32,000 nucleotides of DNA, from NCBI GenBank assembly GCA_047651235.1, contig CP178758.1, forward strand, positions 3,690,001 to 3,722,000. Direction: 5' to 3'. A program made the translations under genes and the position numbers. This document shows, in pieces, positions 32,000 to 32,000 of the stretch. A model generated the notes under the pieces. That model was not told the origin of the DNA. It saw only the letters and a list, made by a program, of their open reading frames with translations, and did no database searches. How positions within the stretch are numbered: the stretch's first letter is position 1; every line of letters begins with the position of its first letter. This DNA is from Candidatus Electrothrix yaqonensis (lineage in GTDB: Bacteria > Desulfobacterota > Desulfobulbia > Desulfobulbales > Desulfobulbaceae).

Positions 32000-32000
32000 T

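Overview
The core of this window is about 55-68% GC by hand counts on single 60-nt lines. The gene content (TAT-exported superoxide-reductase-like protein, rSAM/SPASM enzyme, DUF11-repeat surface protein) suggests an anaerobe, possibly Desulfobacterota-like, but that is a weak inference.

Layout:
(1) 1-7.6 kb holds housekeeping and envelope genes. These are a partial exported protein (missing from the ORF track because its stop lies outside the window), a TAT-signal desulfoferrodoxin-family protein, a DUF4139 exported protein, an ExeA-like AAA ATPase fused to a DamX-type SPOR domain, and a REC-coiled-coil-LuxR response regulator.
(2) 7.77-21.18 kb is one giant 4468-codon ORF. It has a signal peptide, an SdrD-B-like domain, scattered DUF11 domains, twelve nearly identical 441-bp (147-aa) tandem DUF11 + acidic-linker units, and a C-terminal peptidase C25 (gingipain-like) domain with a His/Cys dyad.
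(3) 21.18-24.99 kb is tightly or translationally coupled to the giant gene. It encodes a PqqD-family RRE, an rSAM/SPASM enzyme, a 62-aa ORF with a YxxPxL leader-like motif, two Cys and a C-terminal Ser, an HPr-kinase-like P-loop protein, a secreted beta-sandwich protein and a SipW-like S26 peptidase. I read this as an atypical RiPP-like maturation cassette and rank it as the most interesting part of the window.
(4) 25.27-26.03 kb encodes a secreted protein with two carboxypeptidase-regulatory-like domains.
(5) 26.0-32.0 kb is an AT-rich glycan-biosynthesis patch (flippase, WecB/TagA/CpsF-type GT, GT4, NodH-like sulfotransferase). It is cut up by two decayed IS701/IS4-like elements, one of which carries a nested MITE-like insertion.

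I recognised no rRNA, tRNA or CRISPR array.
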